The notes beneath the pieces were generated by a model. That model was given only the letters and a program-made list of their open reading frames with translations. It had not been told where the DNA came from and searched no databases. This document shows, piece by piece, positions 41,068 to 49,460 of a stretch of DNA of 64,000 nt. Position numbers and translations under genes: made by a program. Position 1 is the first letter of the stretch. Each line of letters begins with the position of its first letter. Source of the DNA: an uncultured Dictyoglomota bacterium (GTDB lineage Bacteria; Dictyoglomota; Dictyoglomia; Dictyoglomales; Dictyoglomaceae); contig CAZZIO010000040.1 in NCBI GenBank assembly GCA_964654465.1, positions 32,001-96,000 on the forward strand. Reading direction: 5' to 3'.

Positions 41068-42075
41068 ATGAAAATAGCTCTTGACGCAATGGGGGGAGAT
41101 TATGCTCCTATAGAGATTGTAAAAGGAGCCATTGAATCACTACCTGAAATAAAATCAACAATTGTACTTGTAGGGAATAAAACGTTAATTGAATACGAGT
41201 TAAACAAATACAAATTTGAGAAACATAGAATTGAAATAGTTCACGCAGAAGAAGTAATAGAAATGCACGAACATCCAGCTTTTGCAGTAAAAGAAAAAGA
41301 AGATTCCTCAATTGTAAAATCTATTAAATTAATAAAGGAAAAAAGCGTAGATGGAATGGTATCTGCAGGTAATACTGGAGCAGTAATGAGTAGCGCATTA
41401 CTCTATTTGGGAAGGCTAAAGGGAATTAAAAGACCAGCTATAACTACAGTTCTTCCTACTATAAACAACATACCCACTATTATGTTAGATATAGGGGCAA
41501 ATGTAGATTGTAAAAAGGAATATTTAGTACAATTTGCCTTAATGGGTAAAATATATATGGAATCAATTTTTAATGTAGAAAATCCTAAAATAGCATTACT
41601 AAATATAGGTGAAGAAGAGGGAAAAGGTAATCAGTTAGTTCAAGAAACTTATTCTTTATTAAAGAATACACCTTATTTCAATTTTTATGGAAATGTGGAA
41701 GGAAAAGATTTATTTAAAGGAATAGTTAATATAATTATATGCGACGGCTTTGTAGGGAATATTGCTATAAAAACAGCAGAGGGGGTTGCAGAAACCTTAC
41801 TTGAATTAATATCAAAAGAATTAAAGAGTTCATGGTGGAGTATTATTCTTGCATTACTTCTAAAATCAAAATTCAGAAATATAAAAAAAAGTATGGATTA
41901 TAGTGAATTTGGTGGAGCTCCTCTTCTTGGGATAAATGGTAATGTTATCATATCCCATGGAAGATCAAAGTCCAAAGCTATTAAAAATGCACTAAAATTA
42001 GCAGAAAAGGTGATTAACTTAAGAATTAATGATAAAATTATGGAAGGATTAGAAAAACTTTCCATAGAGGGGTGA
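41068..42075 (+). CDS. plsX: Phosphate acyltransferase
   Basis: DAMGGD, SAGNTGA, DIGAN, LLNIGEEEGKG, DGFVGN, GGAPLLG, SHGRS. Confidence 0.97.
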   Translation: MKIALDAMGGDYAPIEIVKGAIESLPEIKSTIVLVGNKTLIEYELNKYKFEKHRIEIVHAEEVIEMHEHPAFAVKEKEDSSIVKSIKLIKEKSVDGMVSAGNTGAVMSSALLYLGRLKGIKRPAITTVLPTINNIPTIMLDIGANVDCKKEYLVQFALMGKIYMESIFNVENPKIALLNIGEEEGKGNQLVQETYSLLKNTPYFNFYGNVEGKDLFKGIVNIIICDGFVGNIAIKTAEGVAETLLELISKELKSSWWSIILALLLKSKFRNIKKSMDYSEFGGAPLLGINGNVIISHGRSKSKAIKNALKLAEKVINLRINDKIMEGLEKLSIEG

Positions 42076-43157
42076 GAAAAATTAGGCCTGATAAATTTGA
42101 AAAAATTATCAATCTTGCAATAAATCTTGATGCTTCAGATATCCATCTTAAAGTGGGAACACCTCCTGCAGTAAGAATCATGAAAGATATAGTCTTATTA
42201 AAAGAGGATCCTTTAACTTCAGAGGAGGTAGAAAACTTAGCCTTCAGTATAATGCCTCCAACAGCAAGAGAAATATTTCAAAAGAACAAAGAAGTAGATT
42301 TTCCTTTTGAAAAAAAAGGATTAGCAAGATTTAGAGTAAACGTCTATACCCAAAGACAAACCATAGCCATTTCCATGAGATTAATAAAAATTAATATACC
42401 ATCAATAGAGGAATTAGGTCTCCCTCAAATAATAAAAAGTCTTGTAATGAAGAGAGCGGGTCTCATATTGGTTACTGGCCCATCTGGTTCTGGGAAGTCT
42501 ACCACATTGGCAGCAATGATCGAATATTTAAATCAAAATGAGAACCTAAATATCATCACTATTGAAGACCCTATTGAATATGTCTTTACAGACAAATTAT
42601 CTCTCATCTCTCAAAGAGAAATAGGTATTGACACTGCTTCTTTTTCTTCAGCTCTTAAAATGGCTTTAAGGGAAGACCCAAACGTAATTATGGTAGGAGA
42701 GTTAAGAGATCTTGAAAGCGTTTCTGTAACCCTGCAGGCGGCTGAAACTGGACATTTGGTACTAAGCACCTTGCATACTATAGATGCTGTTTCTACAATA
42801 AGTAGAATCGTAGATATGTTTCCTCCCCACCAGCAAAATCAAGTTAGATTTCAGCTTGCAAGTACCTTAGTAGGAATTATTTCCCAAAGGCTTCTTAAAC
42901 GAAAAGATAAAATGGGCTTAGTTCCTGCATGCGAAGTTCTAATAGGGAATTCTACTGTAAGAAAATGGATAAGAGAGAATAAACTAACAGAGATTCCAAA
43001 GATTATTCAAGAAGGTCAATTAGAAGGAATGCAATCCTTCAATCAACACTTATTAGAGCTCTATAGAAAAAACATAATAGAAGCAAGTGAGGCTTTGATG
43101 GCAAGTCCTAATCCTTCAGACTTAGAACTTGCCATCAAAGGCATCACAGCAGGCTAA
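42072..43157 (+). CDS. pilT: Type IV pilus retraction ATPase PilT/PilU family
   Basis: SDIHL, RFRVN, GPSGSGKSTT, TIEDPIE, LREDPNV, AETGHLVLSTLHT. Confidence 0.9.
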   Translation: MRKIRPDKFEKIINLAINLDASDIHLKVGTPPAVRIMKDIVLLKEDPLTSEEVENLAFSIMPPTAREIFQKNKEVDFPFEKKGLARFRVNVYTQRQTIAISMRLIKINIPSIEELGLPQIIKSLVMKRAGLILVTGPSGSGKSTTLAAMIEYLNQNENLNIITIEDPIEYVFTDKLSLISQREIGIDTASFSSALKMALREDPNVIMVGELRDLESVSVTLQAAETGHLVLSTLHTIDAVSTISRIVDMFPPHQQNQVRFQLASTLVGIISQRLLKRKDKMGLVPACEVLIGNSTVRKWIRENKLTEIPKIIQEGQLEGMQSFNQHLLELYRKNIIEASEALMASPNPSDLELAIKGITAG

Positions 43158-44215
43158 ACTACAGTTAATTCTTTTCTAACACTTAGCAAATCCATCATTG
43201 TAAAATATGCTAATAGATAGGAAAGCAAGCTTTCAGACCCTTGATTCAGGTTAACTCCATCAGGAGTTATAGCATCGTAGCATCCATATGTCTCATTATC
43301 TATAAGAGACACTTTCCTTGAGTTTTTTCCATGAAACCACATAAAGACATCTTTAGCTTTACCAATATAACTTACATCTTTTAGAACTTCATAAGCCTCT
43401 TTGTAAAGCAATATCATTTCTCCTGCTTCTAGTGGTTGTTCATCATATTCCGCTATAGTTCCACCTCTTATATACCAACCATTACAACCTATGGGTTTAA
43501 AATATCCATATCTAAATACAATTTTCTCTAAAAACTCCATACTATCTAATGCTACATCCCAGATATCTTTTTCTCTTAACACCTTATAAGCCACAAAAAG
43601 AGAGAGAGGAAGAATCGCATTACTATACGCCATTATATCTTCAAACCATTTCCATGATTCATCCATATTTTCTCTAAATTGCCTTACCAAGGATTTGGAA
43701 AGGTGAGAAACATATTCCTTAATTTGAGCTCTATCTAAGGTGCTTTCTTTTAAAGAATAGTATAACCCTAATATAACATATGCTTTAGCTCTTGGAGATT
43801 TTATATATTCAATATATTTCAAAGCATTATGCAAAAGTTCTTTATAAAGCATTCTTACATTTAAAGGTAGTATATTCTCAGAAACACAGTAACCAAGAGC
43901 CCATATTGTTCTTCCAAAACTATCTTCAGAACCTTCATCTTCCAAAAATCTTCTATCATAACTCATAAAATTTCTAAAGTTACCTTTTGGGGTTTGAGCA
44001 TTTAATATAAAAGATGAATATCTATATATAAGATCCAAATATTTTTCATCTCTAAAATTTCTATAGAACATAGTAGCAACAATTAATGCTCTTGAATTAT
44101 CATCGGTAGTATACCCAAAACGGGGATCTGGAACTCCAAACTTTGAGTGTTGAATAATTCCAGTATCATCAGTTAATCTGAATAAATGTTCATCTCTGGG
44201 GCGAATAAGTTCCAT
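43154..44215 (-). CDS. GT4-associated uncharacterised protein, probable (alpha/alpha)6 glycosidase-like fold
   Basis: HLFRLTDDTGIIQHS, GYTTDDNSRAL, SEDSFGR, WFEDIMAYSNA, YDEQPLE, NQGSES: motifs resembling the C-terminal half of large GT4 fusion proteins. Start ATG 44215 after AGGAGG. Confidence 0.65.
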   Translation of the reverse strand: MELIRPRDEHLFRLTDDTGIIQHSKFGVPDPRFGYTTDDNSRALIVATMFYRNFRDEKYLDLIYRYSSFILNAQTPKGNFRNFMSYDRRFLEDEGSEDSFGRTIWALGYCVSENILPLNVRMLYKELLHNALKYIEYIKSPRAKAYVILGLYYSLKESTLDRAQIKEYVSHLSKSLVRQFRENMDESWKWFEDIMAYSNAILPLSLFVAYKVLREKDIWDVALDSMEFLEKIVFRYGYFKPIGCNGWYIRGGTIAEYDEQPLEAGEMILLYKEAYEVLKDVSYIGKAKDVFMWFHGKNSRKVSLIDNETYGCYDAITPDGVNLNQGSESLLSYLLAYFTMMDLLSVRKELTVV

Positions 44216-45411
44216 TTTTTCCACCTCCTTCCACTAAATGTTTCTATCTTTTTATTTACAACTTCGTCAAACAACTTTATATATTTCTCTGCCACTACAT
44301 TCCACCACATACTTTTGCCATATTCAAAAGCTTTTTTCTCAATACCTTCTCTAAGATCTCTATTGTAGTAAACTTCTTTAATAGCTTCAGCAATAGCATT
44401 AGAATCTCTAAAATCAACTAATATTCCTCTTCCATCTGAAAGAAGTTCCTCTGCATATCTATAAGCCGTTGATATGATAACTTTTCCAGAAGCAAGAGCA
44501 TAACTCAATGTGCCACTTACTGCTTGTTCTTTACTTAAATATGGCGTCACATAGATATCTGATAATTGTAAATATTTCAAAATCTCATCTAATGTTAAAT
44601 ATCTATTTACGAACATTACATGATCCTCTAAATTATACTCCTTAACCATATTCATCAATTTATCTCTATAACTTTCTCCAGAATGCTTAATTACACCAGG
44701 ATGAGTTCTGCCAAGAATTAAATATATGATACTGGGAATCTTATCTTTTACTTTAGCAATAGCTTCAATAGCATATTCAATTCCCTTTCCCGGTCCAATA
44801 AGTCCGAATGTGCTTACTACAAATCTTCCTTCTAAACCAAGCTCTCTCTTAAGTTTCTCTCTATCTACTTTAGTATTTATTGGAACACCATGAGGAATAT
44901 GTAAAATCTTTTCCTCAGGTATATTGTAAATATTCACCAATAATTCAATTGTATTTCTAGCCATTGTTACCACTTTTACTGCTTTTGACCCGATATAACT
45001 TACAATGTACTTTTGTTTGTCGATTGGATTTAATAGGACTGTATGCAAAACAAATATAAATGGTTTCTTAGTATTATCAACTAAATGAAGAAGATATTCT
45101 CCATATTCCCCACCATATATACCATACTCATGTTGTATTACCAAAAGATCTATATCTGATTCATTGATAAATTGTGCAACTTCAAAATAACTTTCCTCTT
45201 CAAATTGTTTTAATTCTTTAATAACTTTCTCATCATAAAGATAAAAATCATCACTTATAGCAATAACATTTGTATTAACAAAAGGATTATATAAAGGAGC
45301 AATTTTATCTATTTCAGATACTAAATCTTCAGTAAAAGTTGCTATACCACATACTCTTGGAGGATAAGTACTCAAAAAAGCTACATTTATAACTACCCTA
45401 TCTTTTACCAT
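44173..45411 (-). CDS. Glycosyltransferase family 4 protein
   Basis: STYPPRVCGIATFT, QHEYGIYGG, IPHG, TFGLIGPGKGIE, QAVSGTLSYA. Confidence 0.88.
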   Translation of the reverse strand: MVKDRVVINVAFLSTYPPRVCGIATFTEDLVSEIDKIAPLYNPFVNTNVIAISDDFYLYDEKVIKELKQFEEESYFEVAQFINESDIDLLVIQHEYGIYGGEYGEYLLHLVDNTKKPFIFVLHTVLLNPIDKQKYIVSYIGSKAVKVVTMARNTIELLVNIYNIPEEKILHIPHGVPINTKVDREKLKRELGLEGRFVVSTFGLIGPGKGIEYAIEAIAKVKDKIPSIIYLILGRTHPGVIKHSGESYRDKLMNMVKEYNLEDHVMFVNRYLTLDEILKYLQLSDIYVTPYLSKEQAVSGTLSYALASGKVIISTAYRYAEELLSDGRGILVDFRDSNAIAEAIKEVYYNRDLREGIEKKAFEYGKSMWWNVVAEKYIKLFDEVVNKKIETFSGRRWKKWNLFAPEMNIYSD

Positions 45412-45555
45412 AAGTCCCCACCTCCTTTATAGAGTGAGAATATCAAAAGATTTGTTTTTAGATGAAACTTTAAATCAGATTGTAGTCTACCGATTTTTGT
45501 GGTACCAAAATAGTTACTTTTTTTATATATTTACATCATATATCTATCTATAAAA

Positions 45556-45597
45556 ATTATATATAATAACAGAAAAATAGTCAAGTTGTATACTTGA
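45556..45597 (-). promoter_or_regulatory. Sigma70-type promoter for the GT4 pair, with an inverted repeat over the -35
   Basis: TTGACT (45584-45579), 17 nt, TATAAT (45561-45556); palindrome TCAAGT-N5-ACTTGA at 45581-45597. Confidence 0.65.
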
Positions 45598-45628
45598 GAT
45601 GATAATAGTATGAATAAAAGATTTCTAA

Positions 45629-46072
45629 TCAAGAGTTACAAATGTAAGAAATATAATCTAAGGCAAGAAAATAACTATAAATTCCAAATCCTGATATTTG
45701 ACCTATACATACTGGAGCAATAACTGACTTATGTCTAAAATCTTCTCTTGAATAAATATTACTTAAATGAACTTCTATAGTGGGCTTTTTTACGGCAGTT
45801 ATAGCATCTCTTATTGCATAACTATAATGGGTTAAAGCCCCTGCATTAATAATAATAAAGTCTACTTTACTACCTAAATCCTGAATCCAATCTATAATCT
45901 GACCTTCCCAATTAGATTGCAAAATAGTTATCTCAAACCCCTTCTCCTGTGCTTTTTTTATAATAATATTATTCAAAGTTTTAAAATCTAAATCCCCATA
46001 AATATGGGGTTCTCTAATACCCAAAAGATTAAGGTTTGGACCATGTATTAATAATATTTTACACTTTTCCAT
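45629..46072 (-). CDS. aroQ: Type II 3-dehydroquinate dehydratase
   Basis: HGPNLNLLGIREP, QSN, NAGALTHYS, EVHLSNIYSRE. Confidence 0.97.
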   Translation of the reverse strand: MEKCKILLIHGPNLNLLGIREPHIYGDLDFKTLNNIIIKKAQEKGFEITILQSNWEGQIIDWIQDLGSKVDFIIINAGALTHYSYAIRDAITAVKKPTIEVHLSNIYSREDFRHKSVIAPVCIGQISGFGIYSYFLALDYISYICNS

Positions 46073-46589
46073 ATGCTTGCAGACCTTTAACTATCTCTTT
46101 AACAATTAAATTAGGATTTTTCCCCTCTGTATCTAAAATCAAATGGGCAGTCTCTCTATAATACTTTTGTCGCATTTCATATATCTCTTTAACTTCTTTT
46201 ATATCTCTTTTAAGAATTGGTCTTTTTTCAAACTCTTCTTCTTTTTGCAATCTATTTATTAAGGTATCAAAATTACTATATAAGTAAATAACAAAGGATT
46301 TTTCTTTTAATAATTTTCTATTCTCTTCCTTTAGTATAATTCCCCCTCCTGTTGAGATTATAACTTTTTCATAATCCTCTATCACTTTATTAAGATAAAA
46401 TGACTCCCTTTCTCTAAAATAATCTTCACCCTTATCAGAGAAAATTTTAGTTATTTTTTCCCCCTCTTTTTCTTCTATATAACAATCCAAATCAATAAAA
46501 GGATAACTCAACTCTTTCGACAAAAATAAACCTACTGTGGTTTTCCCACTACCCATGAAACCTATAAGGGCTATCCTATTTATATTCAT
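46059..46589 (-). CDS. aroK: Shikimate kinase
   Basis: GFMGSGKTT, GEDYFRERE, STGGG, RPIL. Confidence 0.96.
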   Translation of the reverse strand: MNINRIALIGFMGSGKTTVGLFLSKELSYPFIDLDCYIEEKEGEKITKIFSDKGEDYFRERESFYLNKVIEDYEKVIISTGGGIILKEENRKLLKEKSFVIYLYSNFDTLINRLQKEEEFEKRPILKRDIKEVKEIYEMRQKYYRETAHLILDTEGKNPNLIVKEIVKGLQAYGKV

Positions 46590-46714
46590 CTACCAATAAA
46601 ATACATTCCCCAAAGTATGAATATGCTTGCTAAAAAAAATACCGACACAATCAGCGCAACTATCCTGATAATTTGCATTTTCTTTTCTTTTTTGGTTTTT
46701 GCTTTCTTTGCCAT
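46586..46714 (-). CDS. Small single-pass membrane protein, 42 aa (not in ORF track)
   Basis: MAKKAKTKKEKKMQIIRIVALIVSVFFLASIFILWGMYFIGR; SD GGAGG; stop overlaps the aroK start (ATGA). Confidence 0.75.
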   Translation of the reverse strand: MAKKAKTKKEKKMQIIRIVALIVSVFFLASIFILWGMYFIGR

Positions 46715-46718
46715 AAAA

Positions 46719-46844
46719 TTATCCCTCCGAATTATATCCTTCTCTCACATCATAACAGTTATTATAGTGAGGACACTTCTGACAACATCCTATCTTGTGA
46801 TTCAAACACTCATTATAATATGGGCATTCATCACAACAAAACAT
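46719..46844 (-). CDS. Cysteine-rich microprotein, 41 aa, two CCxxCPxYxxC repeats (not in ORF track)
   Basis: MFCCDECPYYNECLNHKIGCCQKCPHYNNCYDVREGYNSEG; SD GGGAGG just after the speE stop; fills the intergenic gap. Confidence 0.75.
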   Translation of the reverse strand: MFCCDECPYYNECLNHKIGCCQKCPHYNNCYDVREGYNSEG

Positions 46845-46858
46845 TAAAAACCTCCCTT

Positions 46859-47773
46859 TTAATCCTCTACCGCATATAGAGGAGCATTATCATATGCTAC
46901 TCTGTTTTCCTTTTCAATTATATTTCTTAGATTTTTAGGTAATGAAAACATCATTTTATGGGTTTCCCCATCATAAAACTTCAGCCCCTCTAAGCCTTTA
47001 TTTTTCAATATATCATCAATTTCTTTTTCCGAATATTCTTTTGGATCTATTTTATCACTTGCAAATATAAAACTCCATATGAAATCATAAGCAGGTACAT
47101 AAGCTTGGTAAGATCTAACCTTTTTAAAAATAGCTCTTAATGTTGAGTTCATCACTGTATGGAAATATATCTTTAAATGATGTGTGGTACCCGCCTGCAT
47201 TACAAAAATTCCATCTTCCTTTAAATGTTGTTTAACAATATTATAAAACTCATAAGTAAACAATTTAACGGCTGGACTTCCTTCCATAGGTTCAGATAAA
47301 TCACTTATAATTACATCAAATTGATCCTCTGTTCTTTCTAAGTAAGCCCTTGCATCATCTATAATAAGTTTTGTTCTATGGTCTTCAAAAGAACCTTGAT
47401 GCCACTCTGGCAAAAACTCTTTTGAAACCCTAACTACTTCTCCATCTATATCCACCATTACCGCTTCCTTTACATCTTTATGTCTTAAAACTTCACGCAG
47501 AGTGGCACCTTCAGCTCCTCCCATAATCAAAACTTTCTTTTCTTTGGATGGATTTAAAACAAGAGCAGGATGTACTATTGCCTCGTGATATATAAACTCA
47601 TCCTTTTCACTGGATTGAATTCTTCCATCCAAAACTAAACACTTCCCATAAAAACTACTTTCTATAATATCAATCTTTTGAAAAGGTGATTGCCCTGTAT
47701 AATAAAACCTACTTATACCATGCCAGTGAATCTCACTGGGATGATTTTTTTCAATTATCCAATAAGCATCCAT
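46859..47773 (-). CDS. speE: Polyamine aminopropyltransferase (Thermus-like SpeE)
   Basis: LVLDGRIQS, YHEAIVHP, GGAEGATLRE, VDIDG, DDARAYL, DVIISD. Confidence 0.93.
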   Translation of the reverse strand: MDAYWIIEKNHPSEIHWHGISRFYYTGQSPFQKIDIIESSFYGKCLVLDGRIQSSEKDEFIYHEAIVHPALVLNPSKEKKVLIMGGAEGATLREVLRHKDVKEAVMVDIDGEVVRVSKEFLPEWHQGSFEDHRTKLIIDDARAYLERTEDQFDVIISDLSEPMEGSPAVKLFTYEFYNIVKQHLKEDGIFVMQAGTTHHLKIYFHTVMNSTLRAIFKKVRSYQAYVPAYDFIWSFIFASDKIDPKEYSEKEIDDILKNKGLEGLKFYDGETHKMMFSLPKNLRNIIEKENRVAYDNAPLYAVED

Positions 47774-47808
47774 AAATTGTCCACCTTTCCAATATTATTT
47801 TTTACCAG

Positions 47809-48237
47809 TCAACCTACAGTCTCTTTTTCCTTTTCCTTCTCCTCCTTAGGTTTATAATTAAAATTACCTTCCTCTATTGGGAGAATACCACGCTTGGCCT
47901 CAAAAGTTATTACTTGTTCTGCCTGCAAATAATTATTTAAATATTCAAAAGCCTTCCATGGATTAACATGATCTCCACAAGTAAAAAGATCACAAGCAGC
48001 AAATCCATATTCTGGCCATGTATGTATAGCAAGATGAGATTCAGATATAACTACTACCCCGCTTACACCGTATGGACTAAATTTGTGAAATACAACCTCA
48101 ACCACTTCTGCTCCAGCAACAACAGCTGCATTTACCATTATTTCCTTAATCTTTTCAACATCATTTAATATTTCACGGTTGCAATTGTACATCTCAGCTA
48201 AAATATGTCTTCCTAAGGATTTCCCAGTGATATTCAC
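47809..48237 (-). CDS. speD: S-adenosylmethionine decarboxylase proenzyme
   Basis: [42 protein letters not shown]; directly upstream of speE. Confidence 0.95.
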   Translation of the reverse strand: MNITGKSLGRHILAEMYNCNREILNDVEKIKEIMVNAAVVAGAEVVEVVFHKFSPYGVSGVVVISESHLAIHTWPEYGFAACDLFTCGDHVNPWKAFEYLNNYLQAEQVITFEAKRGILPIEEGNFNYKPKEEKEKEKETVG

Positions 48238-48276
48238 CTCGGTCCCGCCTCCTTTCTCAAAAATTTTACGAAAGCA

Positions 48277-48305
48277 ATTTTATCACTAACACCATCATTT
48301 ATCAA
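48277..48305 (-). promoter_or_regulatory. Sigma70-type promoter of speD-speE operon (extended -10)
   Basis: TTGATA (48305-48300), 17 nt, TAAAAT (48282-48277) preceded by TGn. Confidence 0.65.
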
Positions 48306-48400
48306 GAGATTTTCTAGGAAAAATAACTAAAAATAGGAGTTTTTTGAAAATTTATTCTTCTTTATCCTATTTTTTGCATTATTTTAAGATTTTTTTCTAT

Positions 48401-48982
48401 TTATATATGTTTTTTAAGAGTTACTTTATAAATTGGTTGATATATAGGTCCTTGAGGAGTAAGAGTACTTTCAAAAAGTACAATTTCTTCAACTAAAATC
48501 TCTTCCTTTTTAAAATCAAAATCCTGTAAAATTCTAATATTCTCTTTAACCCTTCCAAGAGTTAGATGAGGAGAAAAAGGCTTTTTCTCTTTTGGTATTC
48601 CTTTTTTTACCAAACGTCGTTCAATAAGATCAAAGATCTTTTCCAAATTTCCTAATCCATCTTTAATTCCTATCCATAATACTCTTGGAGAACTAAGAGA
48701 CGGAAATCCCCCAAAACCCTCTAAAGTTATAGAAAAAGACTCTACATAGTGACTTACCTCATCCAAAACCTCTTTAATTTCATCAACATACTTTTCAGAA
48801 ACTTCTCCTATAAACCTTAAAGTAAGATGAAAATTCTCTTTTTCGACCCATTTTACATTACCAATTATGGAATTTCTTACACTTTTCTGAAAAACAAAAA
48901 TCTTTTCCTTTAGATCTTCTGGAAAATCTATGGCTATAAATAATCTTTTATAACTTATGTCTTTAGAAGATTTCTTTGCCAT
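48401..48982 (-). CDS. thpR: RNA 2',3'-cyclic phosphodiesterase (2H family, LigT-like)
   Basis: RLFIAI, HLTLRF and PHLTLGR 2H motifs, FESTL...GPIY. Confidence 0.92.
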   Translation of the reverse strand: MAKKSSKDISYKRLFIAIDFPEDLKEKIFVFQKSVRNSIIGNVKWVEKENFHLTLRFIGEVSEKYVDEIKEVLDEVSHYVESFSITLEGFGGFPSLSSPRVLWIGIKDGLGNLEKIFDLIERRLVKKGIPKEKKPFSPHLTLGRVKENIRILQDFDFKKEEILVEEIVLFESTLTPQGPIYQPIYKVTLKKHI

Positions 48983-49460
48983 ATTTGTAAAAATAATAAG
49001 CTCCAGAATATAAAGTCAAAATTAAAGCAATTCCTATCAAATACTCTTTTAAAGGTAGGCTTAGAATAAAAAAAATTATAGCCATATCTTGAAAAACTGT
49101 TTTTATCTTGCCTGATCTTAATGCAGGGAGAATTATATTTTTTTGTAGTAATGCCATTCTCAATCCCGTAACCATAAATTCTCGGAAAAGAATAAATATT
49201 ACAATCCAAGGCGAAATCAAATTCATACTAACAAAATATATTAAAACACTTATAACCAAGATCTTATCAGCTAACGGATCCAAAAATTTACCTAAATTAG
49301 AAATTTTGTTATACCTTCGAGCAATTTCTCCATCTAAATAATCAGTCAGAATAGCTAATAAGAATAAAGCAAAAGATAAAAAAGGACTCTTCGGAAAAAG
49401 TAAAAGGATAGGAAAAGTTAAGAAAATACGGAAAATAGTAAGGAAATTAGGAATATTCAT
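48963..49460 (-). CDS. pgsA: CDP-diacylglycerol--glycerol-3-phosphate 3-phosphatidyltransferase
   Basis: NIPNFLT, TDYLDGEIAR...GKFLDPLADK, GKIKT. Confidence 0.93.
   Translation of the reverse strand: MNIPNFLTIFRIFLTFPILLLFPKSPFLSFALFLLAILTDYLDGEIARRYNKISNLGKFLDPLADKILVISVLIYFVSMNLISPWIVIFILFREFMVTGLRMALLQKNIILPALRSGKIKTVFQDMAIIFFILSLPLKEYLIGIALILTLYSGAYYFYKYGKEIF

Noticed and set aside
46617-46879. Plus-strand ORFs of 76 and 68 aa between aroK and speE
   Set aside because: They are antisense shadows of two minus-strand microproteins that have SDs and fit the operon.
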